From Azolla caroliniana (Eukaryota > Plantae > Polypodiophyta), in NCBI GenBank assembly GCA_043228905.1, contig JBHGNT010000013.1:3162001-3226000 (forward strand): DNA of 64,000 nucleotides, given 5' to 3'. The position numbers and the translations under genes are program-made. This document shows, piece by piece, positions 23,901-37,700 of the stretch. Positions within the stretch are counted from its first letter, which is position 1; each line of letters starts with the position of its first letter. The notes under the pieces were generated by a model. It was not told where the DNA came from. It ran no database searches and saw nothing but the letters and a program-made list of their open reading frames with translations.

Positions 23901-26424
23901 GCTCTTTGCAATACTCACAGAATTCTATTGATAAGAATTCTCCACCTCGATCAGAGCGTAGCTCCTTCACTAACTTTCCAGACTCTCGCTCGACAAACTT
24001 ATGCCATCTTTTGAAGATTTTAAAAGCTTCAGCCTTCTCCCGAAGGAAGTAAACCCACATCTTTCTGCTGAAGTCGTCGACTATTATCATATAGTAGAGA
24101 GATCCACCCATTGCAGGAGTCACCATTTTTCCAGAGAGGTCAATGTGTATTAGCTGTAGAGGAGTCTTTGCCCGATTTTGACTCTCTTTTGGAATGGCTG
24201 ATCTTTGATGCTTGCCCATCATACAAGCATCACAAACATGACTTAAGTCAGATAGGGTTGGCAACCCAACTACCATATTCGACTTCTTCATCTCCTTCAA
24301 CACAGCAACGTTGAGATGCCCAAATCTCTCATGCCATTGCTTTGTGTTGGTACTTGTGCTGTGGTCAGTAGAAATGGTAAACGCGCTCAGCTCATAGAGA
24401 TTGTTGCGCCTCACCCCTATTCCTACAACCTTGCCAGCAGAATCTGTTATTTCTGCACCCGACTTCTTGAATCGAACATCAAGACCCTTGTCAGTCAGTG
24501 CAGAAATGGACAGTAGATTCTTCTTCAGATCTGGCACGTACAACACTTGAGAGAGATGCTTTGTCCCACCGGTCGTTGCTTTGAGGGAGACGGTTCCGGT
24601 TCCTTTGGCCGGACATCGAGCATTGTTCCCGACCACAACATTGATGGGCTCTTGTAGAGGTGTCCAAGAACTGTACCAGTCACGATTACTGGTCATATGT
24701 CGGGATGCTCCACTATCGAGAATCCAAGACTCATCAACAACTTGAGTGTCAACTGAAGAACACGCTTCTTCAGTTGCGACCCATAACTCAAGTTCATCTA
24801 CGACATTGTTAGCGGACTCGGGCTCTCTCCAAGAAGTCTTATTAGAACCATTCTTCTCATCCGCCATCTTCTTTCGACAATCCTTGATTGTGTGACCCTT
24901 CTTGTCACAGTAGAAACACGATCCATTGAACTTCTTCTTCTTCGGTATCCTATTCGCATTGTTTGAATTGGATGCCCCTTCACCCTTAGTCCTAGAGACA
25001 AATGCTGAATCTTCCCTTTCTTCTCTTATCTTCAGCCGAAGCTCCTCTTCAAGCAGCATTGCACTTAGTTCATCAAATTTTAAAGGAGTGGGTCGAACCT
25101 GAGTGTTCAATGCTGTCACAATGCCATCATACTTGAAAGGAAGTACTCGAATGCACCGACGAGCCATATCCTCTTGAGAGACGACTACTCCAACAGCCGC
25201 CAGCTGATCTTGAAGATCCTTAATCCTTTTTACAAAGGATTCTACTTTCTCTCCATCAGCGAGCTTCTCTGCAGCAAGCTGATTTTCGAGGTTTTGTATC
25301 CTTGTATAGTTTCGGGTCTCATACTGGCTGGCCAATATGCTCCAAGCTTCATGTGCCCTAGTTGTATGTTGCACTAGTGTTAGTACGGAGTCACATACAC
25401 CAGTGACTATGGTACATAGCGCATCAGCATTCCTTCTCTTCCAGGCTCGAAGTAGATCAGCATTTGGAGGAATTGATGTGGTAGGGTGTGCAGGGTCAAA
25501 GGTTGCCATGGGCTCAGGGTCTCCCCCTGTGGGTCCCATGATTGTTTCCAACAACTCGTAGGAATCCAAAATGGCAGACATTTTGAACTTCCATAGAGTG
25601 TAGTTGGTTCCATCTAGCTTTCCATCAGACAATGGAGGTGGGCGAATGCGCAATGGAGTAGCTGCAACATTCGTGGACAAGGCCATTGATACTCTGTCTC
25701 TGTCTCTCTCTCTCTCTCTAGTTCTCTCTGTTGCTAGACAGCAACTACCCGTATATACCTAATCTAGATCAACCTCTTCGCTCTGATACCATATTAGAAA
25801 TATTGAGAATCGAGTAGATAGGTATATAGAGTTACAACTGCAGAGATGGATATATGAAAACAGAATTTCTATTACATATGAGAGTAGTTCAAAATGGTAG
25901 TTTTCCCATGCGCTCACACCTTAGAGCTTAGATAGGATATGGACCGGCTCACTACAAAATTAGTGGGGACTAATGATCAATCTCACCACTGTGTGAGAAA
26001 AGTGACTTATAATCTATGTTTGGTCTTAGTATAAATGTGCAAGTCAGTTGACAGTAGTGGAGATATTCCTTTTCTGTCAACTGACTTGTCATTTAATATG
26101 ACCCAACTCCCTAGGTACAGGCTAGTGCTAGATAATACTTATCTTGAAGTCAATGACGCATACTTCAAGACTAAGTACATCGTAACTTGCCCACAAAATA
26201 TTCTAGCTGACTTGATTAGCCAATCCTTTTATCTATTTCTCTCTTTCCTAAATATATTGTGTCCTACGCATCTACGGTTTCCTAGATTAACACCTTATCG
26301 ACCCATATGGTCGAGTTCCACACTAGCCGCTCCTCATTTGGGGCGCTATCACAAAATGTGCACTCTAAGAGCACATATGGGGATAGATTTACAACTTGGG
26401 GCTGATCATTGATTATATCTAACG
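20965..26424 (-). mobile_element. Intact young Ty1/copia element B
   Basis: 633-bp LTRs at 25792-26424 (5') and 20965-21597 (3'), near identical. PBS-Met 25780-25791. PPT 21598-21607. Single uninterrupted ORF. Confidence 0.96.
21592..25686 (-). CDS. Copia gag-pol polyprotein (Gag, ZnF, PR, IN, RT, RNase H), 1364 aa
   Basis: [73 protein letters not shown]. Confidence 0.96.
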   Translation of the reverse strand: MALSTNVAATPLRIRPPPLSDGKLDGTNYTLWKFKMSAILDSYELLETIMGPTGGDPEPMATFDPAHPTTSIPPNADLLRAWKRRNADALCTIVTGVCDSVLTLVQHTTRAHEAWSILASQYETRNYTRIQNLENQLAAEKLADGEKVESFVKRIKDLQDQLAAVGVVVSQEDMARRCIRVLPFKYDGIVTALNTQVRPTPLKFDELSAMLLEEELRLKIREEREDSAFVSRTKGEGASNSNNANRIPKKKKFNGSCFYCDKKGHTIKDCRKKMADEKNGSNKTSWREPESANNVVDELELWVATEEACSSVDTQVVDESWILDSGASRHMTSNRDWYSSWTPLQEPINVVVGNNARCPAKGTGTVSLKATTGGTKHLSQVLYVPDLKKNLLSISALTDKGLDVRFKKSGAEITDSAGKVVGIGVRRNNLYELSAFTISTDHSTSTNTKQWHERFGHLNVAVLKEMKKSNMVVGLPTLSDLSHVCDACMMGKHQRSAIPKESQNRAKTPLQLIHIDLSGKMVTPAMGGSLYYMIIVDDFSRKMWVYFLREKAEAFKIFKRWHKFVERESGKLVKELRSDRGGEFLSIEFCEYCKEHGIKRQLTTAYTPQQNGVVERRNRTVVEMARCMLKAQALPDPFWAEAVNTAVYILNRSYTKALQGKTPQEAYSGKKPSGLHFRTFGCMCYAHIPDVSRKKLDAKSKKCIFLGYSEESKAYRLYDPEARKILTSRDVVFDEEQPQLAENNDSQVISSTEEVFYPIPTHYPKKEAEPSDGNGSLVQPMPVPHVKKIPKWAQQLFNDHTPKVEFPETSTDGLRRSRRIQEQGRTSDHIVNMALMVDIIGSVSEPTSVEEAMADPKWKEAMISEYDSIMKNDTWELVERPTKKKVIGTKWVWKVKYKADGSLEKFKAMLVAQGYSQIEGFDVQETFAPTARMTTIRMVIALAASRGWPIYQMDVKSAFLNGHLKEEVYVTQPPGFEIPNSENKVCKLKKALYGLKQAPRAWNKRIDNFLRSIDFKQCASDASMYVKMKDGKQVIIIIYVDDLVLTGDHEECIGQTQECLKTEFEMTDLGILHYFLGIEVWQTSDGIFMSQRKYATEILKTFGMMDSKSKSTPMESNCKLSQEDSSPMVDIRKYRQLVGSLIFLCNTRPDICFAVNVVSRFSNKPKETHWKAALRVLKYIVGTLNYGIFYKPTIDQLSGYCDSDWAGDSDSRKSVSGYCFSIGSGAVSWSSKKQPTMALSSTEAEYKAACIAACEVVWLRRILMDVAVPIRTATVLRCDNQSCMAIAKNPVFHARTKHIEIQYHYVRELINDEIVELEYCPTSENAADIFTKALGAEQLQQHLRRLGVGPIPSELNGLIIEGAC

Positions 26425-29400
26425 AACCTCAACCAACTAACACAAATAGTAATGGCATCTACATCTAGCTCATCAGAGATGAGTCTCCGGAAGTTCGACA
26501 GTTCACACTTCAACTTCTAGAAAGAACGAATGTAGGATTACTTGATTGTCAAAGGTCAAATTAATCCGATTGAATACAAAGAAGCTCCAAAAGAGTTCAA
26601 GCCAAATGAGTGGACGAAACTTGACCGGATTGTTCGAGCAACTATTCAGATGCACCTGTCCGAATCCGTGTACTATACGATGTAGACATGTCTGTTTGCC
26701 TTTAAATTATGGAAGACATTGTCAAACACCTATTAAAAAAAGTTCGCCGCCACAAAGATTGATCTAATTCAGCGCCTTTACAATCTTCAAATGAAAGAAT
26801 CTGATTCAATCCAGGCACATATAAATGAATATGAAAGCATAAATTCCCAACTCTGGGCACATGGGATGAGCATAGAAGATGAGCTGAAAGCTCTTGTATT
26901 GATGGGCAGTCTGCCCCCCTATTGGGAAATGTTTGTCACCACTGTGTGCAATGCATCAAGAACAACCATGAGTTACTCCAAAGCTAAGAGCTCAATTTTG
27001 ACTGAAGGCGCTTGGAGAAGATCATTTTTTCATGATTCGGCAAAAGACGGTTTTGTAGTACAAAGTTCGGTTGACTGACCGAACAACGGGGAAAGAAGTT
27101 CTTCCAAACTTCGACAGATGCTTGAAGCCCGAGCAAGTCTAGGGACAATCGGACATGCAAGTTTGCAACTACTGTAAGAAACTTGACAAATAAAGGCCGA
27201 ATGCCGCACCCTTAAGGCAAAAAATGACAAAGCTCAGAGAGCGGATCAAAAGGGCACCCGACAAGAGGAAGTAAATTTGGTCAGCTCATCATTTGAAATA
27301 TTTGCTAGACAACCCAAACATATTGTCCATCGAGAACTCAGTCGAATCAAAAGTTTTGCATATGACTGAAGAGTTTACCACTTGGCTTCTTGATTCGGGT
27401 GCATCATATCACGTGGCTCCTCACAAATCACAATCTTGGCCATATTCAGTCCGACACTTTGTTTGAGTTCGAGTCGACAATTTGCAACACTATGCCATAA
27501 TTGACATCGGCACGGTAGAGCTCAACCTTCCAGGTGGCTCTACCCTAGTACTACCCAATGGCCGACACGTACTTAAGCTCACCCGATTGTTGATCTCAAT
27601 CAGATAGTTAGATGAAGACGACATACATCCATGCCGACTTCTCGTCAGGAGGGTGGACACTTCACAGGGGGAAACTCCTACTTGTTTGAGGTCCGAAGGT
27701 ACATTCATTGTACATGTTATATGTCACTCTAAGAGAGGGTGACATCCCCGTGTCATCACTATGTGTTGAGAGATCAAGCTCAACTTAGTTTAGTTAGTTA
27801 GTCAACAATGTAACTTCGTAATTACCTAGATAGAATCTAGTTAGAAGTGTTGACTATAACGCCTTAAATAGGACCTTGTACTTAAGTGGGATATTCTAGA
27901 TCCTCCACTCCTAAGTACATTTAATATAGGACTTACACATTAGTACCTATATTCTACTCACGCATGTGCACCTTTGCACATGAGATGTATATAAACCTCA
28001 TTGTGGGTATTTTTGTATTTGATGATAATAATGCTAATTTAATATACTTACTCATCCCCCATATTGTGTTGTTCATAAGTGTCTCTCTCTCTCTCTCTCT
28101 CTTCCTCTCACACATACACACACATATCACTTAATCTTTCGCTTATCAACTAATCACAAAATTAGGTACTAATTAACCCTTACTTAATTACTTACCTAAT
28201 TCTTAACATGGTATCAGAGCGTGTGGTTTAGCACATCCACTAAGCCCACCCAACTCTTCGTAATTGTGTGTTCGAAACGCCGACGACAAATTCCGGCCAT
28301 TCGCTACCGTAGTGCCGCTACGTAGCACGTACACGTGATCGAAGGAAGAAAAACAAAAGAAGAGAAGACATAGTCAACATGAACACACAAATGGGTAGCT
28401 CGCTCCATAACGAAAAGATAGACCAGAGCAATTATTCATCTTGGGAGTACAAGATGACCCAATACTTTGTCGGCCAAGGGTATTGGAGCTACATCAACGA
28501 CGCACAAGAAAATCAACCCGACTCGAAAAATGCCGACTATGCAACATGGGAGCAAGCGGCAAGTTGAGTCATGTATTGCTTGGCAACATGTGTCCACGAC
28601 CACATGCTTAGCCACATTCGAGACGCCAAGACGCCCAAAGAGGCGTAGGAGAACTTAAAGAAAATGTTTGCCGCCAACACAACTGCCCGAAAGCTTCAAC
28701 TCCGACAAGAGTTGAACAACATTCGGCAAAAAGACATGTCCGTGTCGAACTACACCACCAAGATCAAGAGCATTTGCGACTCGCTTGGCTCCATCAAAAT
28801 AAACGTCGACGAAGACGAGATGGTTCAAGTATGCTCGGGTGGCCTCTCACAACGATTCGACTCGTTGAGGACGACAATCTTGGCGAGGGAAAACCCTCCC
28901 TCGTTTTTTGACCTTCAATCAATGCTATTGGTCGAAGAGAACCATGTTCGAACCAAAAGCAAGACGTTGGAAGGAAAAATGTTCTTCTCGAATTCGGACG
29001 GTGGCCGAGGAGGAGGTCACGGTGGTAGAAGAGGTCAATTCGACCCATCACACGAAGGGAACTCAAACCTTCACAGAAGCAAAGTCAGCCACTACGAGGC
29101 GGAGTGTTGGAAAAAGAGAAGTGAGTCGGTGTCAACAAGTCAACAACTCACAAACTACGCATCGAACTCCGACTATGACAATCGTAGCGGATTGTTCATG
29201 AATCACGCATCAAATTCCGACTACGGAGACCGTGGCGGAATGTTCGTAATGAGGCATAGAGCGAACTCTATGACGGCCTCCAACTCCGCAAGCACCTCCA
29301 ATTCGGAAGACGTGTGGTTCGTCGATTCCGGCGCCTCACATCACATGACATCCCACAAGGAGTGGTTCAATGACTTGCGTACACCGGATCGACCCGACTA

Positions 29401-30381
29401 CATTGAGACGGGAGACGACACCAAGCACCCCATTCGACACATCAGCAATTTCCCATTTGGGAAAGAAGGCGAACAAACTTGCATCAAGAATGTCTTGCAT
29501 GTGCCCACAATAATGAAGAATTTGGTCTCCGTCGGCCAAATTGTGGAGCAAGGCATGCAAGTCCGCTTCAACAATGAAGGTTGTTTCATTGAGAAAGATG
29601 GCCGACTCATAGCTAAGGGGCGGAGAGATGACCGAATGTTCATCCTTGATTCAAACGAGGTGAAATCGGCAATGTACACTAAAAGTCTCAAAACCGAGAC
29701 AAGCATCGAGTTGTGGCACAAGAGAATTGGCCACATAAACCTCCAACGGCTACGAGCGATGCAAACCAAGAGAGTTGTCATCGGACTTCCGACATTCGAG
29801 TCGAAACGAGTCGACCGAGTATGCGAAGCGTGTCAACTGTCATGATATGGCAAGACTCGAACCCATGACCTTATGCTACATGGGTCGAGCTCTTGACCAT
29901 TACACCATACAATGTAATACGTAAAATATTATTTTCATTTATGTTTTATTATAGAAAATTGATGTATATTCCAGATTTCTCTGGAACATTCTAGAAATTT
30001 CAGGAGTATTCCTTAGAACACTATAAAAGGAGGCACGAGGCATTATTTCGAACCAAATCGGTTCAACGCCAGTCTTAAGCCTTCTAGCTACTGTACATTT
30101 TCTTCACTTAATATATATCTCTTCTTATCATCACTCACTCTCTCTCTCTCTCTCTCTCTCTCCCTCTCACTCACTCTTTCCTTCTCTCGAGAGTTCTTCA
30201 CCTCTCTTAGTACTAATACTTCTTTTAGTACTAATTCCTTCTTTGTCTTCGTACTGTTCCTGATAGTTTGAACTGATTTCTCTACCTTCTGTCTCTCTCA
30301 TTTCCTACTAATCTCTTATTCCTCTTCCTTTCCTCCTTTTCCTTTTATCTTCTTATTAATCCTCTTATCCTCCCTAGTAAA

Positions 30382-33300
30382 ATGGAAACTGTTAGCGCTC
30401 AGGAATACTAATCTGTTTTCTCGGAGCTCCAGTGCTTAAAAGAGAAATTTGTAGCACTAGAACAAGAAAATCATTGCTTGTTGGGGGATCTTCAACAAAT
30501 AGTGCTGGAAAAACAACAACAACATGGGGAGCTGACACTACGTGTACAACAACTCGAAGCGACTATCATATCATTACAACAACAAGGATCAAGCACTCAA
30601 GGGATACACAAAGAACCCAAGATCGGTCTTCCTACAAAATTTGATGGGACCCGATCACAGTTTAGAGGGTTTTTGAATCAGGTACGTGTAGTGATACAAA
30701 TGCATCCTTCTCGATATCCCACCGATGCATCACGAGTGGGACTAGTAGGCACTCTCCTTAGTGGCTCAACGTTAGCATGGTTTGCTCCATTATTGGAAAA
30801 GGATTCTCCATTATTAAACAATTTTGAAGAATTTATAAGTGAGTTTAAGGCATGTTTTGGAGATACTGACAGCATAAGGACTGCAATCAACAAAATCCGG
30901 CGATTACGCCAAGGTGATCGTCTAGCTTCCGCATACGCTGCAGATTTCCGCCTACTCGTAGCCGATATCCCTTGGGATGATCACGCATTGATGGAGCAAT
31001 TCCGTTATGGCTTACGCAACGATGTCAAGGATTTACTCTTGACCTTCCCCGAATAGCCAAAGTCATTAACAGAAGCAATTAGTCGCGCGGTGAGATGCGA
31101 AAACCGCCTCTTCGAACGACGTTCGGAACGACAATTCCAGATTCCGAGGGCAAGATCAGAGCCTACCTATGCCTCAATGGTAGCAAAACCTTTTCCTAGG
31201 GAGTCATATAATGCGCCTCCAGCAAGTACTCCAACTCTGATGGAAATTGACACCACACGTCGTCGTGGACCGCTATCGGAAGAAGAAAAGCAACGACGTC
31301 GAGCAAACCGACTATGTCTTTATTGTGGTGGACCAGGGCATATCGCGGTAAACTGTCCCCATAGGCTAAGAAGGCAGGTAAACCAAATAGTTGCTAGTTT
31401 TGATTGTACTAAACCCGAGTCTATTTCAGTAGGGATATCTGATAGTCCTAATAGTACTAATAGCCCAAATCTAGCGAACAAATTTGATGTCCTTAGTCAG
31501 TTAGAAGAAGAGTTAAACGACTAAGTCCAACCAAAATAGGAGCCGTTTGGTTGGACAGCCCTAGATCTGTGCAGCCCATTAGTGGTTCCATTCCCTCTAA
31601 GCAAGTTAGCAATGTGTTCGTAGCCCAAGTAACAGTTAGTACAAAAAGTACTCCTCCAGTACATGTCTTAGCACTTCTAGATTCCGGAGCTAATTCTTGC
31701 TTCATGGATAGGAAATTTGCCCAATCTCATCAGATATCTCTCAGAAAACTCCCGTGTCCTACCCTTGTAGTAGTTGTCGATGGTCGTCCCATTGCCTCAG
31801 GAAATATCATAGAAGAGTCAGAGCCCGTTAATATTGTCCTAGATAATCTAGCATGTGTCATATCATTTAATATAATTAGCATCCCAGAACACCCCATTGT
31901 CCTAGGATTACCATGGTTCGAATTACATAACCCAGACATAGATTGGCGGACAAGAGAAATCCGTCATCGAAAAGCCCAAGGGTCTACTCATGAGATTGCA
32001 ACGATTTCACTACATCAGTTGCGTGAGGAAGGATGCAAGGAAGAAATGTTCCTCTTCGCAATATCAGTAAAACCCTCCAGCACCACTAAAGAGGAATCCA
32101 CCGTTCAACTTCCAGAGAAGTATCGTTAGTATGCCGATGTGTTTGATAAAGTACAAGCCAATACGCTTCCTCACCATCGACCATATGATTGCCCCATCGA
32201 TTTACAACCGGGGAAAGAGCCACCATGGGGACCGATCTACAATCTGTCACCAACCGAACTGGAAGTCCTTCGAGCCTATATAGAGGAGAATTTGGAGAAT
32301 GGTTTCATACGACATTCGAAATCTCTAGCCGGCGCACCCATTTTCTTCGTCAAGAAAAAGGATGGCTCACTTCGGCTCGTTGTAGATTATCGTGGCTTGA
32401 ATAAGGTTACAATCCGAAATAGGTATGCACTCCCCCTTATCTCAAGTCTTTTAGAATGGATCAATGATGCCAGGTTCTTCACGAAGATCGACTTACGGGG
32501 AGCCTATAACCTCGTACAGATCCGACCAGGAGATGAATGGAAGACCGCGTTCCACACCAGATATGGGCACTTCGAGTATACGGTCATGCCGTTCGGCCTT
32601 ACTAATGCGCCAACAGTCTTCCAGCACATGGCAAATGATATTTTCCGAGATCTCTTGGATGTGTGTCTAATCATCTATTTGGATGATCTACTGGTTTACT
32701 CGAAGACCCAAGAAGAGCATGCTTCTCATGTACTGTTAGTACTAAAATGACTTCGAGAACATGGTCTTTATGCAAAGCTAGAAAAATGTAGTTTCGGGTG
32801 CAACCAGGTGGAATTTCTCGGCTATGTCATTTCCTCAGAAGGCATCTCCATGGACCCAGCTAAGGTCAAAACGGTGGTAGAATGGCAGACTCCGCGTTCG
32901 GTGTGGGATGTGCAATGCTTTCTAGGCTTTGCCAATTTTTACCGGAAGTTTATAAAGGATTACTCAAAGCTCGTTTTGCCTCTTACACAACTTACTAGGA
33001 AGGGACAATCGTTCGTTTGGTCTGAAGAAGCAGACATGGCTTTTGAGAATCTTAAACAGGCATTTACATCGGCTCCGATTCTAGCTCACGTTGATCTAGA
33101 AAAACCATTCATCATCGAAGCGGACACATCGGATTTTGCATTGGGAAGCATTCTATCACAACGAGGTAATGACGAAAAGCTACATCCTGTGGCTTTTCAC
33201 TCACGCAAGTTCGACGCCGCCGAAATCAACTACGAAATTCATGATAAAGAGCTATTGGCTATAGTGGACTCTTTTATGCAATGGAGGCATTTTCTAGAGG

Positions 33301-34670
33301 GATCTTCTCATCAAGTCACTGTATTCAGTGACCACAAAAACCTCGCCTATTTTCAAGACGCTCGTGTGTTAAATCGACGTCAAGCTCAGTGGGCCCATTT
33401 TCTCACGCGTTTCGACTTCAAGATTACATATAGACCTGGGAAGCATCAAGGGAAAGCAGATGCATTATCACAGCGTTCGTACCTAGCACCGCGTCCCGGC
33501 GAGCCAGCTTTCGATAACCAAAAGCAAGTAATCTTGGGACCGGCACGACTGCAAGCAACATAGGTCTTTGGCATGCCCATGGATTCCCACGTTATCGATA
33601 TCATACGTGTGGACCTGAAGACAGATGCTTTCGCCCAAGTACAAATTGATCCCTCTCGAGTGTCGTGTTCACAGTCGCAACCACCAGTACGGACTATCGG
33701 CAATTCAAATACCATGATGGATTACTCTTCTTTAAAGAACTTTTGTATGTTCCTAATGGTTCTTGCCGCCTTCAAATAGTACAAAACTGTCATGACACAT
33801 ATACAATTGGGCATTTTGGTAGTACTAAAACATTAGATTTAGTACAACGATCATTCTGGTGGCCCCGTATGCGACAATTTGTCGAAAATTTTGTTCGGAC
33901 TTGTGACACATGCGGCAGAGCGAAAATGCCAAGGCATCACCCATATGGTTTATTAGAACCATTACCAATTCCAAGCAAGACGTGGCAATCCATTGCTCTA
34001 GACTTCATCACAGATCTTCCAGTCTCTAAGGGGTTCAATGCGATTCTAACAGTGGTAGATCGATATACGAAGATGGCTCAAACACACAAGGTTTATGCGG
34101 ATCGTCATCGACTCCCATCCAGTTTTAACATTGGAGATCGGGTATGGCTACTCCGACGACACATCAAGACTACTCGCCCATGCGAGAAGTTGGATTATCA
34201 GCGATTAGGTCCTTTCCGTATTATAGGAAAGATTAATGATGTCGGTTTTCGTCTCGATCTACCTCCACAACTTCCGTATTATAGGAAAGATTAATGATGT
34301 CGCCTTTCGTCTCGATCTACCTCCACAACTTCAGATACATCCGGTGTTTCATAGTTCTCTCCTCGAACCCTATCAAGAGAGCACCATCCCAGGACGTATT
34401 ACACAGCCTCCACCCCCGATCGAGCTTGAAGATGGACTTGAGTGCGAGGTTGCCGCCATCCTTGATTCCAAGATTGTTCGCAACAAGCTCTACTATCTAG
34501 TTGATTGGCTAGGATATAGTCCCAGTGAGCGTACTTGGGAACCGATAGAGAATGTCACCAATGCTCGTGCTCTTCTTGAAGACTTCCATCGTCAATATTC
34601 AGACAAACCGGGTCCTCAATCCAAAACGACTCGTTACACTCGTCTTTTTAAAGGGGGGATAGTGTCATGA
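30382..34670 (+). pseudogene. gag and pol (PR-RT-RH-IN-chromodomain) of gypsy D, disrupted
   Basis: Several premature stops and frameshifts. Integrase core deleted at ~34078. 58-bp tandem duplication at 34214-34329. Confidence 0.9.
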
Positions 34671-34793
34671 TATGGCAAGACTCGAACCCATGACCTTATG
34701 CTACATGGGTCGAGCTCTTGACCATTACACCATACATTTTAATACGTAGAATATTATAGAAAATTGATGTATATTCCAGATTTCTCTGGAACA

Positions 34794-37700
34794 TGTTGGG
34801 ATTACGGTCCCTTCGGATGGGATGGTCGGATATCGGAGATGAATGCCGACAAGCCCGGTTTCGGTTTCGGATCCGGATGACGAAGACCCCGGCTTCGGTG
34901 CCGGATGACGAATGTACCCGAAGAGCGATCCGGATGCAGGGACGGCTATAGTTGTAAATAGCCCAAAGTCATATAAGTATAAATATGACTTAGGGCAAAT
35001 AGTTTTTCTGTTGCTCATTATTTTTCTGTTTTTCCACTCAAGAGGAGTGAAGAGGGAGCAGCCGTGAGAGAGAGAGAGAGATAGAGCGCGAGAGAGGAAG
35101 AGGTAGACGCCTCTGTGTATTTCCGCCGCCTGTGGCGAGGACAGCGAGCTCAAGGTCGTCGCCTTGGAGCTCGCCATTGTATATTTCTCTGTGCATAGTT
35201 TGGTTCGGAGTCTCGCACTCCCGTGGTTTTTCCCGTATAGGGTTTTCCACGTTAATCCCTGTGTATCGCGTCTTTCTCTGTATTTCCTATTTTCTGCTAC
35301 ATTGATCCGCGATTAATCGGTTGTGGCCGAGTGGTGAAGGTGAATCCAAGCGTTGATTCCCAACAAACTGGTATCAAAGCGACTGTTGCAGAAAATGGAA
35401 GGCGGCGGCAGCGGGCAGCCGATGATGATGGTGCTGAATGCACAGAATTACGCCGACTGGAAGATCAAGATGGAGGATCTTCTGATTGTTCGGGACCTGT
35501 ACGAACCGATTGACAGGTCGGAAATACCGAAAGGGGTACTTGAGTCGGAGTGGAAGCTCCTGAACCGGAAAGCCGTAGCGACGATCCGACAATACGTCGA
35601 TGTAAGCGTCCTACAACATGTGGCGAACGACACCAACGCATACGAGATGTGGAAGAAGCTGTCGGGCCTCTATGAGAGGAAGAATGCGTTGAACCGGACC
35701 TCCCTGATGAGGAAGATAGTGAATCTCAAGTACCGGGACGGCGAGAGTATGGTGGAACACGTAAGCACGTTCATGGGATTCGTGAATCAGCTTGCGGCGA
35801 TCAAGTTCCCGTTGGAGGATGCAATGCAAGCCATCATCCTGATGTGTACATTGCCGGAAAGCTGGGAGAACTTGGTGGTGACTCTCAGCACCTCGTGCAC
35901 CGAAGATAACTTGTCCTTACAAACGGTAAAGACAAGTATTCTGAATGAAGAAGCGCGTCGGAGAGATAAGGAACCGGCCTCCGACCCGAAGATGCTGTTT
36001 ACCGAATCGGATCGGGGAAGACAGTGGAACCGGAGTCCGCAAAGACGGGAGAAGTCGGGGACCCGGTCGCAGTCAAGAGGAAGGCCAACATGCTTCCACT
36101 GTGGGAAGCCGGGGCACTTCCGAAAGAATTGTCGGCATTACCGAAAAGACAACGGAGCCGACGACACCGACTCGAAGAAGTCACCGGAGAGAAACGGTGC
36201 ATACCGGGGAGCCACGGACCGGAGAGGTTCGGATCGGCGAGGGCAGGACCGGAAAGGAACAACGGCACTCGCGGCAAGTGAGGAAGAAATCATGCTCATC
36301 ACCGAAGAAGGTGAGCTAAACGTTGCCGGCGATGAGACGACCTGGGTGGTCGATTCCGGAGCATCGTTCCACCTGACCCCGGAGAGAAGATACTTCTCAT
36401 CCTACACAGCCGGTGAGCATGGCTGTGTTCGGATGGGAAATGAAGGTACGTGCCGGATTGCCGGCATAGGAGACGTGTGGTTGACAACCCCGACCGGATG
36501 CAAAATGCTGCTGAAAGATGTCCGACACGTTCCGGAGGTCCGATTGAACCTGATCTCGGCCGGGAGGCTAGATGATGAAGGCTACACGGGTAGCATCCGG
36601 GACGGTGTCATGAAGTTCAGCAAGGGGAGCCTGATAGTGGCTCGGGCCCGGAAGGTCAACACACTGTACCTGATGAATGCCCGGTTATGTCCGGAAGAGC
36701 TGAATGTGGCAGCCGACACTGCCGGTGAGCTGTGGCACAAAAGACTGTGCCACATGAGTGAGAAGGGGATGAAGAGGCTTGCAGAAGACAACCTCATCCC
36801 AGTGAAGCACGTGCACCTGGAGAAGTGCACCGATTGCCTGGCCGGTAAGCAGAACCGAACCTCCTTCCACTCAAGGCCACCGACGAGACGTAGCGCACCA
36901 TTGGAGCTGGTGCACACTGACGTGTGTCAGGTAGAGACGAAGTCACATGGCGGAGCCCAGTACTTCGTAACATTCATCGATGATCATAGCCGAAAACTGT
37001 GGACGGCATCGATGAAGACAAAGGACCAAGTGTTGTCCGTCTTCAAAGAACTCCATGCGAGAGTGGAAAGAGAATCCGGCAAGAAGCTGAAAGCGATACG
37101 AGCGGATAACGGAGGGGAATACCGAGGGCAGTTCCAGGAGTACTGTCGCTCGAAGGGAATCCGACTCGAGTTTACTGTGCCGAAGACGCCGGAACTGAAC
37201 GGGCTGGCCGAGAGGATGAACCGGACCATAATGGAGCGGGTCCGGAGTATGCTGGCGCATGCGAAATTACCCAAGGGGTTTTGGGCTGAGGCAATGTCGA
37301 CGGCGACATATGTGATAAACAGATCACCCTCAGTTCCTTTGGACGGAGACACGCCGCAGAGAGTGTGGACCGGTAAGGAAGTGTCCTACCGGCATCTGAA
37401 GGTGTTCGGGTGTCTCGCATACGTGCATGTGGCAAAGGACCGGAGAGGAAAGCTAGATCCTAAGACCCGGCCATGCATATTCCTCGGTTACGGCGACGAC
37501 GAGTTCGGCTACCGAGTATGGGACCCGGTCGACAAGAAGATATTCAGGAGTCGAGACATCATCTTCATGGAGAACAAGACGCTCGCCGACTGGGAGTCGG
37601 AGAAGAAGATGAAGAGCTCCAAGTCGACCGGTGAGGATCAACTCTACGAGGAGCAGTCCCGACCGGCAAGGGACCGGTTAGCACTCGAGGATCCGGCCGA

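Noticed and set aside
35353-35394. Longer start for the E polyprotein
   Set aside because: TTG start inside the LTR/PBS. The first ATG is 35395.
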